From the NCBI GenBank assembly GCA_017526205.1, contig JAFXRP010000035.1:41268-73267 (forward strand): a DNA stretch of 32,000 bases, in the 5' to 3' direction. Of this stretch, positions 25,776 through 32,000 are shown one piece after another. Both the position numbers and the translations under genes were made by a program. Position 1 is the first letter of the stretch, and every line of letters begins with the position of its first letter. Under the pieces are notes generated by a model that had not been told where the DNA came from, made no database searches, and saw only the letters and a list, made by a program, of their open reading frames with translations. Source of the DNA: Bacteroidales bacterium. Lineage in GTDB: Bacteria; Bacteroidota; Bacteroidia; Bacteroidales; ML635J-15.

Positions 25776-26048
25776 GGTTTGGTGAATAACCAAGCCGTAC
25801 ATATTGATTAACGAAGCGTTATGCTCGTCTTGTTAGTAGAAATGTGAGAAACTTCTATCAGGGACAAGAGAGTGTAATAATTCGCGCTATAGCGTGGATT
25901 GTTATATCTACATCTTTCCCACAGGTAATTCTCACAACCTCTACTAAAAGAAGTGGTATATCAGTGCCACGCTTCTATTATGTAAAATTGTCCATTTGGT
26001 ACTGGTGGGCGAAAGAGGTTGCGCCCGACACGGATTAGGGATACAAAA
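25776..26048 (+). ncRNA. Candidate structured 5' leader or sRNA (class unknown)
   Basis: Hand-folded elements are as follows. A 6-bp hairpin lies at 25774-25793. A nested domain at 25843-25936 is closed by an 8-bp helix (UGUGAGAA/UUCUCACA) and contains an inner GGGA/UCCC helix and a CGCGC-UAUA-GCGUG hairpin. A GGGCG-N10-CGCCC hairpin lies at 26007-26026. The region is visibly less AT-rich than the other intergenic DNA here. Confidence 0.35.
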
Positions 26049-27512
26049 ATGAAAATTTGTATTTTTTACAAAAAAGCAATTTACAAAATGAGTTTTTTAT
26101 TAGGTATCTTATTTGCTCTCAACGCAAATGCACAAACAGAGATAACCAATCTTAACTTTGAGAGTTGGAATGGAACAGAGCCATCAAACTGGACAACTTC
26201 AAATGAACTTTCAACAGATGGTGGTGGTGTACAGACAGCATTCAAAGAAACAACAAATCCTGGCGAAGGGTCCGCTTCACTTAAACTTGTAACAGGCAGT
26301 TGCCCAGAATGTCCTAATTTCCAAATTGGAGGATTTATGGGTTTTGGTGGAATTTCACTACCTTTTCCAAATCCAGTTGGCGGTTTCATACAACTTGGAG
26401 AATATGGCGAAGGTGTTCCTTACAATAAGCGACCAGTTTCTGTTGATTTCATTTACAAAGCAAAACCAATGGGCAACGATGCTGCATGCTTTCACATTCA
26501 ACTTACTAGGTACAACAATTCTACAAATCAAACCGATACAATTGGGGAATGCTATTTCGAGGTTAGCAATACTGTAGATGAATGGACACAAATGAACATT
26601 CCTTTTGCGTACTCATCACCGCTTGCACCCGATACAATCAATATCCTGATTACATCAAGCGTTGGTTCTGTCCCAGACTATTCCGCTATGTTTCCCGGAT
26701 TTCCTTCTCCATCGCAACTTGGTATACCTTCACCCGTTGCAGGTAGCGAATTCTATATCGACGGAATAGTTTTTAATATGCCTTCATGCGACGGCTTTTC
26801 AGTAAATGTGACAGGAACCAATGAAACATCTATAGGTGCAATGGACGGTACTGCTACAGCTACTCCAAATGGAGGAACTTCGCCATACACTTACATTTGG
26901 AACAATTTTGCCACAACTCAAACAATAAACAATTTACCACCAGCAACATATTTTGTTACGGTTACCGATGGAAATGCTTGTCAAAAGGTGGGCAAATACA
27001 CGGTAAATCCAGCTGGGTGCAATATATCTGTAAATGTTACTGGAACAAATTCAAATAGCAATTCAATATTCTCTGGTACAGGCTCAGCAACAGCTAATGT
27101 CACTGGTGGCAATCCGCCATATAGTTACACTTGGAACAATGGAGAAGAGACACAGACAATTACAAATCTTGCAGTTGGTGCATATTCGGTATTAGTCGAA
27201 GAAATTAACAATTCAGGATGTGTAGCTTGGGGATTCTATACTGTTTATGGTCCAAATGGTGCAGCAGTAGAAAATGAATTTATAGGCTCAATAAAGATGT
27301 ATCCTAATCCAACTGATGATTTCATAAATGTTAATGGAGATGTTGAAATTACAGAAGTATCCATTTATGATGGACTTGGAAGACTTGTAACACATAGCAA
27401 TATTTATGATACATCTGCTAGCATTAATGTATCATCGTTTGAAGCAGGAATATACATTGTGCTCATAAATACTGAAAAAGGAATTCTCGAAAGTAAATTC
27501 ATAAAGGAATAA
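26049..27512 (+). CDS. T9SS-secreted protein: N-terminal PCMD-like domain, two SprB repeats and a T9SS type A C-terminal sorting domain
   Basis: The signal peptide ends ALNANAQ. The LNFESWNG...PSNWTTSN segment is PCMD-like. There are two copies of the pattern C.GF/NISVNVTGTN...G.ATA...GG.PPYSY.WNN..TTQTI.NL..G.Y.V. The C-terminal MYPNPTDDFINVN...GIYIVLINTEKG is a Por_Secre_tail. An alternative start is at 26088. Confidence 0.8.
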   Translation: MKICIFYKKAIYKMSFLLGILFALNANAQTEITNLNFESWNGTEPSNWTTSNELSTDGGGVQTAFKETTNPGEGSASLKLVTGSCPECPNFQIGGFMGFGGISLPFPNPVGGFIQLGEYGEGVPYNKRPVSVDFIYKAKPMGNDAACFHIQLTRYNNSTNQTDTIGECYFEVSNTVDEWTQMNIPFAYSSPLAPDTINILITSSVGSVPDYSAMFPGFPSPSQLGIPSPVAGSEFYIDGIVFNMPSCDGFSVNVTGTNETSIGAMDGTATATPNGGTSPYTYIWNNFATTQTINNLPPATYFVTVTDGNACQKVGKYTVNPAGCNISVNVTGTNSNSNSIFSGTGSATANVTGGNPPYSYTWNNGEETQTITNLAVGAYSVLVEEINNSGCVAWGFYTVYGPNGAAVENEFIGSIKMYPNPTDDFINVNGDVEITEVSIYDGLGRLVTHSNIYDTSASINVSSFEAGIYIVLINTEKGILESKFIKE

Positions 27513-27528
27513 GAGAATTTATTACACG

Positions 27529-27568
27529 AAAAAGGAATGTGTTTAATTAAAATGCATTCCTTTTTTTA
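27529..27568 (+). terminator. Rho-independent terminator of the T9SS cargo gene
   Basis: AAAAAGGAAUG-(14 nt)-CAUUCCUUUUU forms the hairpin, with a U-tract after it. It starts 17 nt after the stop codon. Confidence 0.75.
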
Positions 27569-27616
27569 TTATAATTAATTTATATTCAATTAAATACAAT
27601 TTTCTATTGACAAAAA

Positions 27617-27632
27617 TTGCGTATATACGCAA
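27617..27632. promoter_or_regulatory. Perfect 16-bp palindrome TTGCGTATATACGCAA upstream of the Fic-like gene
   Basis: The sequence is self-complementary on direct reading. It is the first of three TTGC...GCAA inverted repeats between 27617 and 27741. Confidence 0.55.
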
Positions 27633-27754
27633 AAATTTTCAATGAGTGCTTTGCGGCTCAAAAGATTGTAAAACGAAGATTTTTTTCTTTCATCATGAGC
27701 CGCAAATTGTGAAAAATGTTGCATATTTGCACCGCAAATATAAATCTGATTTTT

Positions 27755-28789
27755 ATGGATAATAATAGAGAAATATTGCAATATCTTCATTATCACCCTT
27801 TATCATCTCGTAATGAAATATCGGAAGGTATTCCTTTTGATGGTAGTGATGCAACTTTAAAACGAAAGATTGCTACTGAAATAGAAAAAGGGAATATAAT
27901 AGTGAGTGGCAATAACAAATCTACACGATACAGCCTTTCGGCAAAAGCTCAATTGTTGATGCCGTTGAATCTTGATACATATTTTGCTAAAGATATTGAT
28001 GAACGACAAGTGCAGACATCATTTAACTTCTCACTTATTCAGGAACAGCTGCAAAATGTTAAGTTGTTTTCAGATGAAGAATCTGCACACCTCAACGAAT
28101 TGCAAAATGTGTTTCGCAAGCACATAAGCGAAATGACCGAAAACGAATATCGTAAGGAGATGGAACGTCTTGGCATTGATTTAAGCTGGAAGTCGTCGCA
28201 AATAGAAGGCAACACGTATTCGCTTCTGGAAACTGAACGGTTACTTCGTGAAAGCAAAACTGCCAATGGTAAAACCAAGGAAGAGGCTGTGATGTTGTTA
28301 AATCATAAAGATGCTTTGCGCTTTTTACTTGATAATCCCGATTATTTACAAACACTTACAATTAATCGTATCGAGGACATACACACATTGCTAACTAAAG
28401 AATTGTCAGTAGACAAAGGACTTAGACATAGGCGTGTAGGTGTTACTGGAACAAATTATCATCCGCTTGACAATGAATTTCAGATTAGGGAAGCCATGCG
28501 CGATACTTGTTCGCTGATAAATAGCAAAACTGATGTCTTTGAAAAAGCATTGCTTGCATTACTATTATTCAGTTATATACAGCCATTTATGGATGATAAC
28601 AAACGTACAGCACGTATAACAAGTAATGCTTTATTAATTGCAAACGGTTACTGCCCTATTTCGTTCCGCACTGTTGATTCCATTGATTATAAAAAGGCAA
28701 TGCTTATATTTTACGAGCAAAACAACCTATATGCTTTTAAACAGATATTCATATCTCAGTTTGAATTTGCTGTGCAAGAGTACTTCTAA
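27755..28789 (+). CDS. Fic/Doc family protein with an N-terminal wHTH-like domain, an alpha-inh-type SxxxEG motif and a degenerate active-site motif
   Basis: The Fic core reads QPFMDDNKRTAR (28580-28615), where the consensus is HPFxDGNGRxxR, or HxFxDxNKR in Doc. SSQIEGN (28193-28213) fits the inhibitory [ST]xxxE[GN] motif. The N-terminal REILQYLHYHPLSSRNEIS... looks like a wHTH. The start is set at the ATG at 27755. Confidence 0.75.
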   Translation: MDNNREILQYLHYHPLSSRNEISEGIPFDGSDATLKRKIATEIEKGNIIVSGNNKSTRYSLSAKAQLLMPLNLDTYFAKDIDERQVQTSFNFSLIQEQLQNVKLFSDEESAHLNELQNVFRKHISEMTENEYRKEMERLGIDLSWKSSQIEGNTYSLLETERLLRESKTANGKTKEEAVMLLNHKDALRFLLDNPDYLQTLTINRIEDIHTLLTKELSVDKGLRHRRVGVTGTNYHPLDNEFQIREAMRDTCSLINSKTDVFEKALLALLLFSYIQPFMDDNKRTARITSNALLIANGYCPISFRTVDSIDYKKAMLIFYEQNNLYAFKQIFISQFEFAVQEYF

Positions 28790-28871
28790 ATGTTTCAAAT
28801 TTTGATTTTTCTGTTAATCCAAATGTTGAAAAAATAGCATAAGATTTTTATGTATTTTGCCGTGCAGAATG

Positions 28872-28879
28872 TAGTTTTG
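28872..28879 (+). promoter_or_regulatory. -7 promoter box TAgtTTTG upstream of the serine dehydratase gene
   Basis: An exact TAnnTTTG match lies 23 nt before the ATG at 28903. The nearest TTTG (28856-28859) is only 12 nt upstream, so the -33 element is uncertain. Confidence 0.45.
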
Positions 28880-28902
28880 CACAAAATAAAATATTTACGA
28901 CA

Positions 28903-31068
28903 ATGAAAAGCTTAAAGGAACTGATGCCCGAAATTTACTTCGAGGTAATGGACAAGGAAGATTTCGCAGAACACGAAATGTACCTTAACAAGATAATCGA
29001 CCCCAACAACCACACAAAGATATTCAAGCAGAAAGGCGACATCGAGGAGTTCGTTTTCTACAACTTCGACCTCAAGCGCCTGAAAAACAAAATTCTGAAA
29101 GTCGTATCCAGTACAAAGAACAATGTGCTGATGTACAGGGTTTTCCCGAGCAAGGAACACGATTTTATACTTGCTTCGTTCTACGAAGACCTTGAGTTCA
29201 GTTCGCGCCGAAACGAATTCAACATCCCAAATACAGAGGATTTCAGGAAAATATTCATCGACAAGAACAACAAAATTACAAAGTATGTCGATTTCGGTTG
29301 CAAGGTTGACGAGGCAAAGAAAAAAACAACCTTGTTGCTGAAATGCGTAAATATTTCGCACAATACACTTATTTCCAACATATTCGAAACCATCGAACGC
29401 CACGAACTCAACTGCGACTACATGGAATTGTGGCAGGTAAAGAAGTCGGATAAGAAAATTGATGTTTACTACGAAATAGCCATCGAAATAAGTTCGCTGC
29501 TTCCGAAGGAAGAAATTGACTCGATAGGCGACGACTTCGAACGCTACATACAGTGCTACATTAAGCCAATGAGTATTTTCGACCTTGTTGGTCCTGCTAT
29601 GGTCGGTCCGTCGAGCTCGCACACCGCCGGCGCAAACCGCATCGGACAGATTGCACGAAACATTATCTGCGCTGTTGAACAGTCGGGCGAAAAGATTGAA
29701 ACAGTAGAAGTTAAGCTTATCGGTTCGTTCCGCGACACTGGCGTTGGCCACAAGACTCCATCGGCTCTCGGCGGCGGACTTTGCGGTTATGCTACCGACG
29801 ACCCGCGTATGATTGAAGCAGGAAACCCACAGTCGTTGAGCAAGAACGGAATCAAGTTTGCAAACTGCACCGCAAAGTTCAACGGATACAAGAAAGGTTC
29901 TACCGACGACGATGCAAGATATGCCGACCAGAAAAACGCAAACATTGCCGAGGTCATCTTCAAGACCGACAAGGGAACACATTGTGTAACAGGTTTTTCA
30001 ATCGGTGCTGGAAATGTTGAGATAAGGTTCTACGATGGAATGCTCGATTTTGCACTCGACGGAAAGATTGATACTGTCCTGAATGGTGGAAAAATTGAAA
30101 AAATCAACGAAAAGAACGCAAATCTGCCGAAAATTGCAAAGATTTACCACGAAAATTCGGCTACTGAACTTCCAATGATGCCTTTCCACACTTTCGAGGA
30201 ACTTATCGAATATGTAAACGAGGAAAAGATAAACTTGATTGATTTGATTCTTGACATCGAAAGACAGTTGCAGAATACCGATCGCAAGCAGGTTTACGAT
30301 AAGATGCGCAGCTACTGGAACATTATGCAGAAATCGGTTGACGATGGTATCCGCAGCAATGAACTTACATTGCTCAAGCTTACCGGCAAGGATTCGAAGA
30401 ATATCAACAAGTATCGCGAAGGCAACAAGATTTTCGACAACATTTACGGAAAGGCTGTTGCTTACGCAGTGGCCGTTAACGAGATAAATGCGAAATCGGG
30501 CGTTATAATCGCTTGTCCAACAGCAGGTTCATGCGGTATTTTGCCAGGTGTACTTAAAGCTTACAACGAAGTTCACAAGCCAGACGAAGACAGAATATTG
30601 GAATCGTTGATGATTGCCGGTTTCTTTGGAATGATACTCTTCGGTGATGTTTCGACTGCCGGAGCAGATTATGGTTGCCAAGCCGAAATTGGTTCGGCAG
30701 CAGCTATGGCAGCATCGGCACTTGTTTATCTCGAAGGTGGCGATGTAGAACAGATGATCGAAGGATTCACCATTGCAATAAAGAACTCGCTTGGTCTTAT
30801 CTGCGACCCGATTGCCGGACTTGTTGAAGTTCCATGTGTAAAGCGTAACGGTATTTATTCTTCGCACGCAATTAGTGCAGCTTTGATGGCTTTGAGCGGT
30901 GTCAAGTCGTTTGTATCACCTGACGAAGTTGTTCTTACCATGCGTGAAGTTGGTGAACGACTGAATGTCGACTACAAGGAAACTGGTAAGGCTGGTCTCG
31001 CCAAGACCCGTGACGGCAAGGAAGTGGAGAAGAACTTTGCCAACGAGGTGAAGAAATTCTTCAACTAG
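28903..31068 (+). CDS. sdaA: Iron-sulfur L-serine dehydratase, fused beta-alpha single chain with an extra 222-aa N-terminal region
   Basis: Residues 223 onward (MSIFDLVGPAMVGPSSSHTAGANRIG) match the beta-subunit N-terminus. Residues from about 425 onward match the alpha subunit (CPTAGSCGILPG, GCQAEIGSAAAMAA, ICDPIAGLVEVPCVKRN). Residues 1-222 have no match that I can recognise. Confidence 0.8.
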   Translation: MKSLKELMPEIYFEVMDKEDFAEHEMYLNKIIDPNNHTKIFKQKGDIEEFVFYNFDLKRLKNKILKVVSSTKNNVLMYRVFPSKEHDFILASFYEDLEFSSRRNEFNIPNTEDFRKIFIDKNNKITKYVDFGCKVDEAKKKTTLLLKCVNISHNTLISNIFETIERHELNCDYMELWQVKKSDKKIDVYYEIAIEISSLLPKEEIDSIGDDFERYIQCYIKPMSIFDLVGPAMVGPSSSHTAGANRIGQIARNIICAVEQSGEKIETVEVKLIGSFRDTGVGHKTPSALGGGLCGYATDDPRMIEAGNPQSLSKNGIKFANCTAKFNGYKKGSTDDDARYADQKNANIAEVIFKTDKGTHCVTGFSIGAGNVEIRFYDGMLDFALDGKIDTVLNGGKIEKINEKNANLPKIAKIYHENSATELPMMPFHTFEELIEYVNEEKINLIDLILDIERQLQNTDRKQVYDKMRSYWNIMQKSVDDGIRSNELTLLKLTGKDSKNINKYREGNKIFDNIYGKAVAYAVAVNEINAKSGVIIACPTAGSCGILPGVLKAYNEVHKPDEDRILESLMIAGFFGMILFGDVSTAGADYGCQAEIGSAAAMAASALVYLEGGDVEQMIEGFTIAIKNSLGLICDPIAGLVEVPCVKRNGIYSSHAISAALMALSGVKSFVSPDEVVLTMREVGERLNVDYKETGKAGLAKTRDGKEVEKNFANEVKKFFN

Positions 31069-31080
31069 AAGTAACCGCAA

Positions 31081-31157
31081 CCGCCCACTGAGCCTGTCGA
31101 AGTGAAGTTTTTTTAGTAATAATTAATCCAACCCATTCGACAAGCTCAGGGTGCTGA
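31081..31157 (+). repeat. REP-like imperfect inverted repeat (full copy B)
   Basis: The left arm is ccgcccactgagcctgtcgaagtgaag and the right arm is cccattcgacaagctcagggtgctga. The arms pair over about 20 bp with a few mismatches and a 24-nt loop. The element starts 13 nt after the sdaA stop codon. Confidence 0.75.
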
Positions 31158-31205
31158 AATTCTTATTATTATTGCATCAAATAATTATTGTAAAAATTTA
31201 CTGAT

Positions 31206-31574
31206 ATGAAATCAAGACTTTTTATTTCACTACTCGTTGTAGCAATGGGTGTGATAGTGTTTAGCGGTTGCCAGAAACGGTCATCATGCAATGGCGGAAT
31301 ACAAGGACATTTGGAAGTACTTGATGAACCTTATAAAACAGATCTTAATTTTTTTTATGTTAGTAATGTGAAAGTCACAGCTAATTTTTATGATTCTAAT
31401 AATCGTATTTATTTTATAACAGGCAAAGTTCCTAAAAAAATATCTCATAATTCTTTGGTAACAGCAAAAATTCATGTTGTTGACCCAGGTGAAGAATATG
31501 ATTCAAAACCACATTACGCGCAACCATTAGCAGAAGTCTATAAATTGGATTGTATTTGTATTGATGAAGAATAA
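31206..31574 (+). CDS. Small hypothetical lipoprotein
   Basis: A 122-aa ORF with a signal peptide and the lipobox VFSGC. I recognise no family. It is bracketed by the two REP-like elements. Confidence 0.55.
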   Translation: MKSRLFISLLVVAMGVIVFSGCQKRSSCNGGIQGHLEVLDEPYKTDLNFFYVSNVKVTANFYDSNNRIYFITGKVPKKISHNSLVTAKIHVVDPGEEYDSKPHYAQPLAEVYKLDCICIDEE

Positions 31575-31581
31575 TAACTAA

Positions 31582-31657
31582 CCGCCCACTAAGCCTATCG
31601 AAGAGAAGGTTAAAGAAAAATATTTCGGCTTACCCTTCTACAAGCTCAGGGTGCTGA
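31582..31657 (+). repeat. REP-like imperfect inverted repeat (full copy C)
   Basis: The left arm is ccgcccactaagcctatcgaagagaagg and the right arm is cccttctacaagctcagggtgctga. The outer arm halves are conserved with copy B. The inner stem differs in sequence but still pairs (agaagg/ccttct). It starts 8 nt after the lipoprotein stop codon. Confidence 0.75.
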
Positions 31658-31666
31658 ATGATGCGA

Positions 31667-31710
31667 ATAATTATCAATTGTTAATTGTACATTATCCATT
31701 ATTAATTTGA
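31667..31710. repeat. Copy 2 of the dispersed 44-bp AT-rich repeat (partner at 6247-6290)
   Basis: See the entry for 6247-6290. This copy lies 10 nt after REP-like copy C. Confidence 0.8.
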
Positions 31711-32000
31711 CTTCCACGCTCTTTGAAATATGCAAGCAAACTTATCAACTTTTTTCAAAAATGCGGTTAATTTGCTGAATGAAAAATCATTGAAAAATCG
31801 GTTTTTTCGTAAGTCGTTGATTGAAAAAATAAATCGAAATTAACAGAATCTGTTTTCAAAAGGTTATTTCTGTGAATAAAAAATATTAAATTTTTCTTGC
31901 AGAATTGTAAGGTGCTCGAATATATGAAAGTTGGATTTAAGCAAGAATTTTTTGTTATTTTTTGATGCATTTTTTTCAACAGAAAAATGGTTCAATTTGA

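Noticed and set aside
25844-26038. A 64-aa ORF (GTG start) inside the long leader upstream of the T9SS cargo gene
   Set aside because: It uses a non-ATG start, has no motif, and overlaps the strongest predicted RNA helices. I treat the region as non-coding.
25776-26048. An attempt to assign the leader to a known riboswitch class (cobalamin, TPP, SAM-I, c-di-GMP, ZTP)
   Set aside because: Only short fortuitous similarities were seen, such as GGUGAAUAACC and UAUCAGGGACAAGAGAG. None of the diagnostic cores is present. A covariance-model scan is needed for a real answer.
28912-29982. A 356-aa minus-strand ORF antisense to the N-terminal half of the serine dehydratase gene
   Set aside because: It is a shadow ORF created by the GAA/GAC/AAC-rich codon usage of the sense strand. 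The product is Val/Phe/Cys-rich and has no motifs, while the sense frame carries unmistakable SdaA signatures.
31767-31979. A 70-aa minus-strand ORF and short plus-strand ORFs in the AT-rich right-hand end of the window
   Set aside because: The products are low in complexity, and there are no motifs or promoter context. The ATG at 31987 may start a gene that runs off the window, but that cannot be judged from 14 nt.

Overview
The window looks like a chromosomal segment of a Bacteroidota (Bacteroidales-like) genome. Three things support this: a T9SS C-terminal sorting domain protein with SprB repeats, several matches to the Bacteroides promoter consensus TTTG-N19-TAnnTTTG, and A/T-rich leaders with no Shine-Dalgarno sequence.

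Gene content from left to right:
- A partner-switching cassette (RsbW-like kinase, Cache-HAMP-PP2C phosphatase, STAS protein), followed by the truncated start of a RelA/SpoT-type gene.
- A Na/Pi cotransporter.
- An orphan P-loop ATPase flanked by 39-bp direct repeats, next to an initiator-type tRNA-Met.
- An operon encoding a giant TPR protein and a putative porin.
- An operon encoding an FtsE-like ATPase, an e(P4) phosphatase, a membrane protein and a GNAT acetyltransferase.
- A PNGase F-related secreted protein.
- A minus-strand island with an AAA ATPase (C-terminal D..ExK nuclease-like motif), a four-CxxC zinc-ribbon protein and a NucS-like PD-(D/E)xK nuclease. It contains a phased 33-bp repeat array overlapping a promoter.
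- The housekeeping genes mnmG, adenine deaminase and dtd.
- A YhaM-type cysteine desulfidase-like gene.
- A T9SS cargo protein behind a long structured leader.
- A Fic/Doc-like protein with a degenerate catalytic motif.
- An unusually long fused L-serine dehydratase.
- A small lipoprotein.

I saw no rRNA, CRISPR array, transposase or integrase. Several families of intergenic repeats and palindromes are present.

The best candidates for something undescribed are the ATPase / Zn-ribbon / nuclease island (16.9-19.8 kb) with its repeat-embedded promoter, and the partner-switching module that appears to feed an alarmone synthetase. All family assignments come from motif recognition by eye. No database search was run.
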